Source: Daphnia carinata
Lineage: Eukaryota
Direction of reading: 5' to 3'
Length of the DNA: 64,000 nucleotides
NCBI RefSeq assembly: GCF_022539665.2
Contig: NC_081334.1
Location: forward strand, 992,001-1,056,000
Shown: positions 13,840 to 27,500 of the stretch, piece by piece
Layout of the letters: every line of letters starts with the position of its first letter
Position numbering within the stretch: the stretch's first letter is position 1
The notes under the pieces: model-generated
Told to the model about the DNA's origin: nothing
The model's input: only the letters and a program-made list of their open reading frames with translations
The model's database searches: none
Program-made: the position numbers and the translations under genes

Positions 13840-16800
13840 CTGCAACGGGACTGGCGATGGGCGCTGGGTAATTGACGGCCGACGACAGGTAGACGGGTCG
13901 ATAGTGTGCCAGAATGGCCGGCTCCAGGGCAGACGTCGTCACGTAGGGCAGTGGCTTCACCAGGAAACGCGGAGGCTGTTGGTTCGCCGTATGGCTCGTC
14001 CAGCCATAGCGTCGTGTCGTGGCGGTCATCAACGTCCCGGCGGCCAGCAGGAGGCCGTACGAGACGCATTGGGTCAGGGATGCACAGAACAGGATCACCC
14101 AGCCCCATCCTGATTCTGGGTAATAATGGAGCTTCAGAGTTCGCAATTCTCGGGCCGTGCGAGCGAACGCCTAACGAACGTTTTCAATCGTTAGCAATAC
14201 AACAAACCAAAAAATCTAAAAATATTTCCAATCATTATTCCTGTAACTTCGCTGTCCCATTGTTTAACTCGGCGTGTAGGTGTTTAAACAATGGCGGGCA
14301 CGGTTACAGACGCCGATGGCCTGTCCGTTAAACAAGCGAATGACCATCTTCGCTTTCAAAAGCCTACAGTTTGAATGTTCAGGAAGAAGGGGGGGGGGAA
14401 CTACCTGATTTAGTGACCGGAAAACAACTTGCCCCCCACATCAAGTATGGTGTTTATACAGAAAACCACACGAAAGTGCTTCGCACGTGCAGTTGTGTGT
14501 TTTACTTCGGCGTGGGAGGGATGGCAGTTTTTGATGGTCATTTGGCACGAAGCCTAAAATTATTTTCTTGGAAGAAGTTGGGGGAGAAGGTCGTCAAACA
14601 TCAATAAAAGTCCCCCCCCCCCCCCCCCCCCGACTAGGCTTACACATACATTCTTTAAGGAAGGGGGGGGGGAGAATGTTTGTTACCGTTGTCCGAACGG
14701 CGCCTTACAGTCGTTGACTCGTTTATTTGGCGTGTGCAACTACATTTTTTGGTTGTTGTTGTTGTTGTTTGGGCAATCGATCCGAAGCGTATACAAGTCG
14801 TGACTGCGGTGTCTGGCCCCGTCTATAAACGCAATAGCCGGATACGCCCCGTGCGCTCTCTTTGGTGTGTTCCATTATGAACCGAAAGATGAAGAGGGGG
14901 GAGGGCGAATAAGAATAAATAATAATTAAAAAAAACTATTGCAGCCGAAAAGGCAAGGAAAAGAAGAATGAAGGGCAGAATTAGCGCTGCTTGATGGCCG
15001 ATGAGACATCGTCAACCAAATAAGGCACAAACTTGCTTGAATTGGGCAAGTGGGGGTGCAAACCACATCACGCCAGCCGGACGGCGCCGCAATTAAGTGA
15101 ATGGACATCAACAAAAAACCCAATGACGGACGTCGTCTTTGTTTGTTTAAAAAGAAAGAAAAATCACGCAATCGCTAGACAAAGAGAAAAAAAGAAAAAA
15201 AGAAAATAGGTTTCGACTTGATGGCCGTGTGAAACGGAGTATTCATTTGAACGCTGAAAGAGGATGAGACTATTCATGTAAAATTGCGTTATTCTTTTTC
15301 TTTTCAATTAACAACCAAGCCCAAAAAAGGTTTTGCCCACGTCTTCGTGTAGACAAGAAAAAACGCAATCTATTTAGTCCTTTTCTTGTGTTTTTTTTTT
15401 TTTAAAGATATTTGTACGTATAGTGTATGTCTTGGTAATTCTTTATGTAGATATGTACGTATACAGTATATATACGCACATCAAGAGAAAAAAAGAAATG
15501 GCATATGCGCTTTGTTGGGGCCTTCAGTTGAGGCCACGTTCGATGCCCCCAAGATAGGAATCTAGCATAATTGATGGTATGCAAATGAGCGCCACATTTT
15601 CAGTCCTCTCCGTTCTAAAAGCGGTTTTAGAAACGTCAAATGTAGCAGCAGTTTATGTTCGTTTGTCATTGAATTTTTTTTTCTTTTTTGTTTTCCTTTC
15701 TCTATTCAATTCGTGTGTCAGCGTGTTTTCATTTTAATTGAATCAAAAAGCCACCAAAAAATTCCGTACCAAAAATCGAAAGTGTCTGGCATCGGTGGTC
15801 GTTGATTTGATGTGACGACGTGGAGATATTTCGATATGTCAACTCAACGTCCAAAATCTGAAATTCTTGACTTTCGACTTTGAAAATAGAATTGAAACCA
15901 AAACAAAAAAAAACGAGTTTAACGATAAAACGTCGATGCTAATTATCATACACAGACTGGCTTTTTAAACTAATGACGCCAAAGCGAGTCAACGACGCCT
16001 GTTCTCAAGACAATGCCATTTCGGAATATACATTGCCTTTTCCCGTTCTCTAATCCTGTTTTTCTCGCATAAATCATTTTAATTTTAAATATTACGCCAT
16101 TCGTAGGGTTCAATCCGAACTCTACAAGTCTGGACCTGCTCACATCGTTAGAGAACGTCGACTGGGTAGCCCCAAATTCGTTTCGAATTGAAAATTCATT
16201 CTGCTCGGAATTGAATTAAAGTCTTTTCTTCAAAGATTCGATCGAACGTCTTCATCGTTTGCGTTCGGAATAATAAATCGAACAAATACGAAATGATAAA
16301 CAAGAAGAATGTGAAGGAACTTTGCCTGGATTTTGTCTTTGGATGTCAGCGCGTTTTGAGCGATGCCCGGCGAGTTAGCGGAGTCGGCGTTCGTTACGGA
16401 CGGATGTTGGCCGACTTCGCTCTTGCATCGTCTCAGCTCGAAATTGGTCTTGGCCGGTAGCGGACGCGGGTCTTCGAAACTGGCCCGTCTCACCCGACAT
16501 TGTGGCAATGCGACGGATGTCTCAACTGGCGCTGGAATGCATGAAGTCACCAGACTGGGTCCGTCACTTTCGTGACAATTGTCGGGCTCTTGCCAAGTCA
16601 AACGGATGGCCCGGCCACCGACGGCCTTGCTTTGCACAGACGTCGACGTTAATTTGCAGCAGACATCGTTTTCTTCATCAATTTTCGCACCGTCCTTATT
16701 GGCCGCTTGGCTTTCTTCTTCAACGTCCTGCGTGACGCTCTTTGTATCAAAGAGGGGAGCGCCCATTCAAATTACAAATTAGCCGAGTGGTTCGACGCTT

Positions 16801-18317
16801 TCAAAAACTTATAGTTAATAGCCGTGTGTGTTATTATTATACAAGACCGCGGGACTTGAGAGAGGGAACCCTTTCTTTTTTCCCGGATGATGTCCTTATT
16901 TCATGTAACCACGTGAATGAATTGGTCTAAAAGGTAGAATTAAAAAAAAATAGGGCAACAAGGGAAAGATGACCTCTAATAAGATGGTACTTTTCTTTAT
17001 TATCTTAAACCAGCCTAATTTTTCCTCAACTGGATTACTTTAAGCCGGTAGGCTAAATAACAGTTTAAAACGGGACTTTTTCATCCTTCCCTCATTCTCT
17101 CTTTTTTTTTTTTTTCTTATTTATTTTTAAACGATTACGTTTGGCTATCCTCTTTCTATTGGCTCTGTTTTTACTCGCACCTTTTCAAATGCATTGGTTA
17201 TATAGCGCTAAACCTGTTGGTCAGGCACGGCACGGCTCGTGTTAGTCATCGCGATGCGCTAAAATTCTCTATTCTCCCGATATGTTGTTGTTTGTGGCTT
17301 ACGATGGTGAAAAGAACAACATCAAGCAGGCGAAACAAAGGAAGCTCGTCATGCTGAGTAATGCCCTAGCATCTCGCCCATTACATCCTGCCTGCCAGTT
17401 TTCCTTTTATTTATTTATTTTTTTTTTTTTCACGAAACAAAAGCGAAACGCGGATGAGCTTTGCATGAACGGTTGGTGGCTGTTTCCAGGAGAACAACAA
17501 CAAAAGCCACAGAAAACAAAAATAAATAAATACTATGCATACGAATAGAAAGGATCTTCAGTCAATTTCAACAAAGACCCCCCCTGAAAAGAGCAGAACC
17601 GCCCGTTTTCTCCCCGTTTGCTAACCTTCGTTGATGTTTTATAATACCCCGCCTAAAAGGAGTTTTTTTTTTTTTTTCTACAAACATTTTTTTGATCGTT
17701 AGATTCTGATCTTCTTTTTTTTTTTTTTTTCAGCTATTCACGCAAGACGAGATAAAACCACAGTTGCGAGGAGGAATAACTATAATCTACACGGATTCAA
17801 ATTCGAATCGATGCGTTCCGTTCGCCCTGCAAGAAGATCAACATGAATAACCGGTGACATTTCTTATACGTTTTGCCGCGAAGCCATGCCGACACGAACG
17901 AAATGATTGGCATTTGAACGGCTTTCTTGGATCACGCAAAAAGTTGGCTCTACGTAGCTCTTACATCAGGTGAATTATTCAACAGGCTCCGTCTCCCAAT
18001 CCCTCAGCCCACACACACAACTTCAAAAAAACAAACAAAACAAAGACGTATCGACAGCAAACATTGAAACGTGTCACACACACACACATGATGATATTGC
18101 GCGTTGAATAAAAATGGAATGCTCCCCTTTAAAAAAAAAAAAAAAATAAATAGAAGAATAAGAAAAAAAAAAAACGTACATGGCAGCGTAGGTCAGTCAC
18201 CCCTGTTGTTGAATTAAAGCTGACAGGAGGTGCTGAGACGCCGCTGGTATGAGGTAACCAACCGAACAAGCCGCAAGTCGAAGACAAGAGCTGCGTGTTC
18301 TTCTTCTGGCCGGCCAT
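13840..18317 (-). CDS. SLC16/monocarboxylate transporter family gene, 5' coding exons only (remainder presumably left of the window)
   Basis: In-frame exon chain: 18317-18180 (MAGQKK..LRCH, donor GTACGT); 16739 or 16727 to 16326 (..DVEEESQ..KDKIQ); 16200-16096 (NEFSIR..PTNG, donor GTAATA); 14170-13840 (AFARTARELRTLKLHYYPESGWGWVILFCASLTQCVSYGL.., donor GTCAGA). P-x-x-GWGW followed by TM1 is the SLC16 N-terminal signature. The upstream exons are less certain than the GWGW exon. Confidence 0.75.
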
Positions 18318-18489
18318 TCACAGAGAATGTTGAATACGATAAAAAAAAATAAATCAATCAATCAATCTCACTGAGGATTAAAAATAGTAGAGTTCACTTG
18401 TTTGCGATTGGCTTTGAGCCGCTTCGATTGACGGTTTAGCGAGCCGTCAAACATGATTGTTATTCGCGCTGGAAATAATCGGTGGTGAA

Positions 18490-18530
18490 CTCTGGACTGA
18501 ATCAGGACAATGCGCTGATGCGACTGACAT
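18490..18530 (-). promoter_or_regulatory. Candidate core promoter (two TCAGT initiator-like motifs) for the SLC16 gene
   Basis: GACTGA occurs twice on + (TCAGTC on -), about 180-210 bp upstream of the ATG at 18317. Confidence 0.3.
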
Positions 18531-21500
18531 AGTCAGCGAATAATATCACAGAGGGGGGACACACACACACACAAAAATAAAAGAATCAGATCCGGCGGAA
18601 GAGACACACGTCTGCGGATGGCGGGAACGTTTGGAACTGCCCCGTCTACCAGAATTGAACGGTCTCCTTTTTAACTGCTCTCTCGAATTTAGTAGCTCGT
18701 ATACACGAACTGATGGCAACGAAAAAAAACAAAAAAACAACTGACAACGGCCTCCATAAATTGATGGATGATTTTCATCAGATCATCGTCGGGACGTCTA
18801 ATGCCAATCTAACGGAGGGCACAAAAGAGAGCAGCCAGTCCAGCTCGTTGCTCTACTTTTTTTTTCTTGCAGACACTGACTCTCTTTATATTCCCCTCGT
18901 TTTTCTCTCTCTCTCTCTCTCTTTCTTTCCCTTCTCGTGATTTTTTTTCTTCTTCGTTTTGTACTGCACTACTAGACGATGCTCCCGCCGACATGAAGAG
19001 TTTACATTACACAGCGAAACACCGACGAGCAATCGACGCTCGTGCCTCTTTGCACCGTTATCCTTTCTTATCTGTTATACTGATGATGATTATGATTGCC
19101 GCTACTTTGAGTTGCTACGAGGGCCGTGTTCTTTTCTCTTTTCACATGTCATGGAAGAAAATTGTAATGCCTGTCACGATCTTCTTGCTGTTACATATCA
19201 CACATTTTCTTTTCTTTTTTTATTTGAAATTCTGTAATTTGTCGCTGCCGAATTTCGTTTTGTACAGCACCGACCAAAAGGGCACCACTTTGTTCTGTTT
19301 TTTTTTTCATTTAAAAAGAAAAACTGTAAAAGGTAACAGAGATAAAAGTCACGCATGTGAACAAAATGGCTCCAAAAAAATAAAATAGAACTGGAGCGGA
19401 ACGTGATGCCTCACTTGGATCGTTCACTTTGTCGTTTTTAGCTATTCACGCTGATGTGTCAACACGCACCGGCCGTTCATTCGCCCTTTATTTATTTATT
19501 TTTTTTTTTTTTTTCAAAGCTATAACACACCAATCGGTATGTCGTCACGTTTTTTTACATTCGTCTCTTCAAATAGAGAATGAAACGATGCAATTCGGAT
19601 GGACCTTCTCACAACGCCAGGGCACGTTTCTTTTAACGCGCTTCATCGCGAACTGGAAGTCGGCACTTGAACGTGAAACACAATCGAAAAATGAATCATG
19701 TACGGAAAGCTTGTACGATTTCGTTGCAAAATAAACAATGTTCGTTCGTGGAATGCTGAAAACAAAAACAATCGCCACACTTTTTTTGTCCGATGTTTGG
19801 AGTGTACGTGCAAGAGAAGCGGCCGCACCGCTGCACGGTTGATAGTCGACTGGTCGTGTCACCGTTACGTCCTTGTCTCTCACGCAAAACAAACTGAACG
19901 CAGGGAGAGAGAGAGAGAGAGAGAGAGAGTCAGCCTCATGTGTGTACAAGAAAGCGAGTAAGCAAAAGGGAGAAGTAAAAAAGAAAATAGAGAGAGAGTC
20001 AGAAGAGAGAAGGAGATGCTGTGCACGAGAGATCAACTGCCGCCTACTCGCGGAGTTAAAAAGAAACAGCGTCGCCATATAGCAAACGTCCTTCGTATCG
20101 AACTGCGTCTTTTGTTTTACGTTAGGACACGGCCAAGTTTTTCTTTTGCTTTTCGAACGTCAGCGGCTGTCTTGTTTCGTTGCGATCGTCTTTTTGCAAC
20201 GTCTTACGAATTAGCTTTGTCATTTTCTGTCTTTGTTTTAGATGAAAACCAAGTGCGGCTATCGTTTAGCCTAGACTTTGTGGGATAGACTCTGTAGCAA
20301 CGTAACGTATCGTCCCATTAGATGTCAACCCATTTATAATGAGACTGTTTGGATTCCCTTCGTTTCTGTTCTTTTTTTTTATTACAAAGGACAGCTGCAT
20401 TGTTTCTCCATGTTTGTTAGTTATTTTTGAAAAAAATGTCATTTTTCTTGTTTGTTGTCATTGGCCGAGGCTCTCCCGCACTAAGGGGGGGGGGGGCGCC
20501 CATCGATTTTGAAGTACCGACGGGCAAACGGGTAAAAATGGGCCGTTGATGGCCTGGCCGAAGAAACATCAATCTGATCGTAAAACAAAGCTGAAGCCAA
20601 ACCGTATAGTTACGCATGCCGACCAAACGATGGTGTATAAACCTTAAGCGAATAGCAAAAACTAAAGGGAAAAAAAAAGCCGATCGTCAACGCTCAACCG
20701 AAAAGCTCACGGGCCAATATCGAGCCGGAAATGCTTGGAATGAAAAAAAAAAAAGAATGTCACAAAAGTTAGCGAAAAGGATCATCCGGTATTGCTGATA
20801 TGGTTATATGCATCACAGCTGGTTCTTCCTGTTCCAGTCGAAAATCGCTGACCCTTCCCTTTTTTTTTGTTTGCTAGTGAAAAATGAAAACGAAGAGCTA
20901 AGAAACGACAGAATGCAATGTCAATAACATTCTACGTTCAAAGCCCATTGGCAGTATAAATTATATGGAGGCTATGGCATTGGCATGGGGGACGTTACAA
21001 TGTCTAACGATGATGCCAGTTGGAAGTCGTTGCCGATGAAGGACGACCGACTTCCAAGTCATCCCTGTCCAAGACATCATTTCGAAATGGGGAAAGAGAG
21101 AGAGATAGGCTTTTTTGTTTTGAAACACATGATGAACAGTATATGACCAGTCTGAATATACGATATTGCGTATAATGGTACATAGCTTAGTATCAAATTA
21201 TTTTTTAACATTTTATTTTTTTTTTGTAAGTTATTTGATGGGTGTTAAGGCCAGGCAGCTTGCCCGGCCTAAGAGCCTTCAGGAGCTATAGATCGTCAAT
21301 TAGGCCACGTGAAATCGTAATCGCTTGCCAATCGTTGAGGCGAAACGATGCCATCTTTCATCTGATTGGCATAGATAAACTGAAATTCTTGCAAGGAACT
21401 GGGCCGTCCGGCCGGCATCATCAATGGCCACCTAAGACATAGGCTGTGTTGAAGATTGACGCAAGTGTCTTAAATGAGGTCAAACTTAAAGAGATGATGC

Positions 21501-24500
21501 AATGGTCACGCAATGACCAAGTGGATGGCGGAGAGTCAACCATCCCAGACGTTCTCTGATGAAGAAATGAAAATACAGTCGGATTAAAGCCTAATCGTTT
21601 CAGACTATTGGTGACTTATTGCGTAACATTGCGTTTGCCAAAGAGTGATGATGTGATCGGCCTTGTCTGCAAGTATCACAAAAGACACTCTTGAGATTCG
21701 AACTCGAGCAACACACCGTTCATTAAGGATGTGAGTAACCGTTATGCTTCATTTAAAAATCCTTTTTTTCAAAAATAAGTTTTGAGTGTGGAGGACCAGT
21801 AGGAGCCATCGCCCGTGTCTATTGAAATGCACGAAGAGAAAGAAAAAAAAAGGGCAAATGAATAAATGGCTGTGCGTGATAACGGCCACCGCCGCCACGT
21901 GACGTCCTTCCATAACCATCTACGTCTTGCGGACTTCTTTGGCGAACACAAAAAGAGAAAAAAAAAGGAAATGTATGTGTTTATATATATAAAAGAAAAA
22001 AAGGGAATATGCAATTCTTCTCGCCTTTTACGGGCCTCTGTGTTCTTATTTATTTTTATGCGAATTGTTTTATTGTTTGCCGTTCTTTTTAATTCGCTTC
22101 TGCCAATGAACGACGTGTTGTGCCACACACAAGAACATTTTCGCGGCCCAATCAAGCGATGAAACAAATAAAAATGCACCCACCCGTAGAGAGAAAGAAA
22201 TAACAAATGGAAATTTATGCACATCAACATCAGTTTCTAGAAGCCCTTTGTGCTTTTTGGAGTTTCAACCGATGCTGACTGAACGCATTTCAATCCCTAT
22301 TTCAATGATTATATAGACTCGAAAATGTAAAAGGGCTTTTGGTCAAGAATGCCCATCTGCTTTGCGAATGATATTGGATATGTGGCGATGAATCGTAATG
22401 AAAGAAACGGCCAGGTCGTATGACCCATTTTCATTGTGTTTCAACCCCCCCCCCCTCTCTCTTTTTTTTTTTTTTTTTATTTGCCTTTCATGCGTGTGAT
22501 TTGCTATCCCAAAATACTGCGTTCGACTTTAGAATATTTTGTGTATAGTTGCGCACATGAATAGATTGACACGAAGTGTGGGGCCACGTTGATATCCTTT
22601 CTTTTTATTGCCAAACGTCCGGCGTTTTATAGCGGCCCGGCCGAATTGGTGGGCGAAAGTATCCGCTGATCGCGACCCATTGCACTTAAAAAGCGCAAAC
22701 GGACCTTAACGTTAAGAGTATATGGCTATTCGCGCACTCGTCAACGACATTGCTAATGAAATTGTATATATCCGTGTACAACTTATACGTACGCCCTCTT
22801 TTTGCACTTCATCTATTCGCTGCTGCTGCTACAAAAAAATACAATTGAAATGTTTTACCTCGTTCCGCGTACACCCCCAGTTTCCAATGGCGGTCGAAAA
22901 CAAGCTTGCAACGAACGGATGCAACCGACAAGATAAACGAACGCGAAAATACTCTCAAAGTTCGTAAGAAAAGGAAATATATATATCGATCGATATTTAC
23001 GAAACGCTGGCTTGGCTATTTTTCAACAGAAAACATATCGCATTGTAGGGTTAGCCGGAGCAGCGTATATTCGATAGAGCCGCATGAGCCCATTTAATGT
23101 CAACATAACATTCACGGCCAGCGAAAGAACTGCGCAGTCTGTCACCCCGGAGAGAACCGAAAGTCCCTCGAAATGGTTTTGGGCAGTTAAACCCAAGCTG
23201 GACGAAAATTGCTGTGGGTAAAAAAAAATAAAATTGAAAAATAAAAAAAAAAAAAATTTGTTTGAAAAGAGAGGGGCAAAAGGAAAAAAAAAGTAGAAGG
23301 TGGCAGAATGAGGTTAAGCAACAGCCGAAGAGAAAGTAGCATAAATAAAAGGAGATAAACAGGGGATGAAAGACAAAAAAAAACGAAAATGGTCTTTCTT
23401 TTTCGACTTCTTTGTTGGCAGTTTTTCATCATTTTGTTGTACTGTATTCTTTGCATTTTTATTGATGTAATGCTATGTCGAGCTATACATTCGCCTTCTT
23501 GTATAACCGTGTGACCCTGTGACAGTCCGGTCTTGTTCAGCTCTCAATCACTTAGACGTGTGGGTGTTTTTTTTTTTTTTTTTTAGCCAATCTTAATAGT
23601 AAAATGTCGTACGTGTTCAAAGTTGTTTGTCTTCATATTCTATCGAGTTTTTAGCACGGCCGATTGCCATAAACAATTTTTTGGTTGGACCACCGAAACT
23701 GGACCAACCGGTCTGCCATTTAAACTATACACGTACCGTAAAACAATAAACGAAAAACGGCGAGAACAAAATTAAAGTTATGGATTTAGAAAAACAAAAA
23801 CAAAACAGGAACAGCTTTTCATTGCAGCCAGCAGGCCACACAAGAATGACGAAGGCCTTCGTTCATGATCCAGTTATTTATTTATGTTTTTTGGTATACT
23901 AAATTTACTTGATTTATTTTAGCTATTTTTTATTCTTTTCTTTTTTTTTTTTTGGCTTTGGATCTTCTCCTTTAGGAACTAGCTTCAACATTTTTGCCTT
24001 TTCCTTTTTTTTTTTTCAATGTTGGGTTGCGCTGCTGTTCATCTTCTTCTTCTGGTTAGGTCAGGTCGTCGGCCCAGGAATCTGTTAGCGCTTGGCGGTG
24101 TATATGCCAGTCGTGTGTTGCATGCCTTTCGCTATATTTGTGTGGCGTGTGTGTATTTGATGTTTATTTTTGGGTCTGTTCCCAAGCACTTTGCTATACA
24201 TCCTCACCGCTTTTGCTGCCACTGAGGCTCTCCCTTTTTTTTTTTTTTTTTTTTTTTTTTTGGTTTGTTTCAAACTCATTTATAATATAGATTATCTACC
24301 CTTTTTTCCAGGACCCGTCTAGAAACACAGGGCCGTTTTCGCTTGACGGAGGATCGACGGCCCGTTTCAAAATCACAACTGTGGGGAATCGAGGAATGCG
24401 CATTTTTTTATTTTTCCTTTCAAGTTGTTGTCGAGAGGAGACATCAGACTGTCAGCACCAACACAGAAGGCATCGCTTACTGGATGAAGTAGACCGACAG

Positions 24501-27500
24501 TTGTAAATCAAACGCTCTGCGAAAGAGAGAAAAAAAATATGAAGGAAATGGAATGCGACTGCAAATGTAGTCTGCCCACTTTAGGGACAACGATAGCAGA
24601 TTTTTCTATTATCTCGAGAGAACTTAATCTTTCGTATACGTGACGCTGCTGGCGCACACACTTTATCCCGTACCATCACCCCCTGAATGGAATTATATAA
24701 GCGAAGCGCGCGTCCTTAAGTTCTGAAGAGTGCTTTATGACATAAATCATCAAGAAAGCTCAAAAAACCCTTCCATTTTTTTTTTTTTTCAAAGAATTTT
24801 ATCAAAACTTCGTGTGAGAGTGTTGAGCAATGAATTAAGAATTCCGGGCAGAATTGTTCCATCAGCAAAAAAAGAGCTGGTGTGTGTACGTATATATAGA
24901 GGGAATGTTATCGATTACGTGTGGAGTCAAGTTGACTTCACATTTTTTTTTTTTGTGTCCCTCCCGCTGGTAATAGCTTCTAATCATTTTAATCAATAGT
25001 TTAGAAAGCGAATGGACATGACGTGCCAACGATCTGTCCGCCCAATAGCCGTACCCCAAAGGGTGTGGTCACCATCAATAGCTCTAAATTGGTGTAATAC
25101 GCTATCGCTGCATTTATACGGTGTATACGCATATACATCTAGAAGGTGACGTGCGTTCTTTTATCCTTTTCTATTTCAATTGAAAGAAATATGGAAATTG
25201 CCCTTAATCGGCGTTGCTTGAGACCTTTTGTCGGCGGTACTTTAAAACGAACGATTTCAACGGAAAAAAAAAACAAAACAAACGCGGCTCAAAAATGCTA
25301 AATGACAACAATTATCGTGACGTCAGATTGCATTTGTGATTTGGCCATTAGCGCAGAAAAAGAGAAAGGGTAGCATGTCAAATCACGTTGAAAACAGGAA
25401 TTTCGGTTATAATCATATACCTGTTGATTTTGCGAAGATATCGCTGCGATAAAAAAAGCCACTCGAACTAAGAATGTCAAACGTCAATGTTGTGATCTGT
25501 TTGGCTATTCTTTCGCATCGAAAAAGACAAAAAAAAAATCGGGTTTTTACACGGTCAGCGGGGTATAACGTGCTGCCAATTGAAATTGAGACGCAAGAAC
25601 GGGACCATTTTTCAAAGCCAAAAATATAGCCAACACGTTTCGGACGCAATCCCTCCTCTCCGCTATCGCTTTATGAATGACTCACCGTTAGAGAGGACAT
25701 GACAGCTGGTCAAGTGGAAATGTCATTTGAAGCGATGCACCTTCCAGATGCGACGAATTTCGATTGGTTTTACAGATACTACGGTATATAGTCATTGACG
25801 ATGTTTGCGATAGATGTCTGGTTTTCGTTAGTCATGCAAAACATCTAATGAAATTTGCCGTCAATGTTAATCTGCATTTATTTTGATGGTTCAAACTGAA
25901 AGAAAAATGGAAGCTCTTGGAATGCGTGTGGTAATTCATTAACGCACGCGTCGTAACGTGAAATTACACTTGAAGGAAAAGGACGAATGCGAACGTGCAT
26001 ATAGGCGGGGATCTTTTTTAATGCCAACGATTTTATTGAGCAATAAAAAATCGACTTTCGCTCCTTTTCATCATTTGGTTCCATCTTGTCTATGGGCGCA
26101 CTGATCTCCCGTCCCATTCTCAGATGAAATATATAAGAAAACCGTGTAACGAGTTGAATAAAATAAATTTAAAAAAAAAGAGAAAATGTGCCGGAGCAAA
26201 AGTCAGAATTCTAAAAAAGGAAATGCGGATGACCGAACCAAAAAAGAAAAAAAAAAAGGACGAATTGGCAAGAAAGAAAAAAAAAATTGAATCGACAGAT
26301 GAATAGTAGACACTGTAGTAATGGTTTGCAAAAGAAGAGAACAGTATATAGGAAATAGCCCCCCCCCCCTCCAAAAAAATTGTCACGCAACCAATGACAA
26401 GCAACCAATCTGGAGTGATCATAAAAATCGACGAACGGCCAACGGTTTTCGAACTGTCATAAAAGAAAAAAAAATACATTTAGTATATCCTTGTTCGACC
26501 TTTTTTTTTATGTTGTTCGTAAAAACACACCGGGATAAAAAGGAAAAAGAAAAAAACAATTCGAGAATGGAGTTAAATGTTATAACGTCTTCTGCAGTTA
26601 TTCCCGAAATGTTCGGTTACGGCCAAAACGGCATATCTCCATTTTTCTTTTTGCTTCGTTTCCAAATTGAATTCAAAGTTCCCTCAATTTTTTTTTTTTT
26701 TTCGCCTCTAAACAAAAAACAGACACCCGAAAGTTTGTACGTCCGTTGCACTCGACCAATATATCATGAGATATTGTCAGTTGCTGGCCCGTTTCACTTT
26801 GTGTTTGTGAAAGCTTTAACGGTTGAAATATACGCGGCAGCTAGAGAGACACTATAGATGGTGATACTTAAGCTTTTATGTGTTTGGTTTCTACATTACG
26901 CTCCGCCCAACTCGTAGCTGGAAAATTTCGAACCATAACGCATAAAGAAAGGTGGTGGGGAATGAACACGAAGTGACAAACGCTTTGATTAAATATTGCA
27001 GTGAATTGCAATCTGAGAAAGAGAGAAGCGAAATTGAAACAAGGTGTACAAACGTCAGCAATTATTCACGGACGCCAACGTGAGCTGTTGAAAGTTGAAA
27101 TTCTTACTTGTATACGTGTGTGTGTGTGTGTGATTGACCAGCATGACTGTCAAATACCTGAAACTCAAAGAAAAGAAGAAAAATGCAAAACATTTTTGCC
27201 TTTTCATATGTGAAACTATTTAACACGGGATAGTTTCAGTTAGCCTCTCTGCCCGCAACTGGCCAACAAAAGGCAAAAACTCTTTTGTATCAAATCGAAT
27301 GACAGACAACAGACCGTTTGAAACCGGACCACCAAAATGCGAGGGCAACTTCGTTTTATGTTTTTTTTTCTTCTCCTTTTTACGACTTTGATTGATAATG
27401 AGTGCATTGATTTTTTCTTGTTTTTTTTATTCTTTTTCAGAATATAGCTTTCCAAGTATTTGATTATTATTCAAAGAACGTCCTTGTTGTCTAGGCTCTC

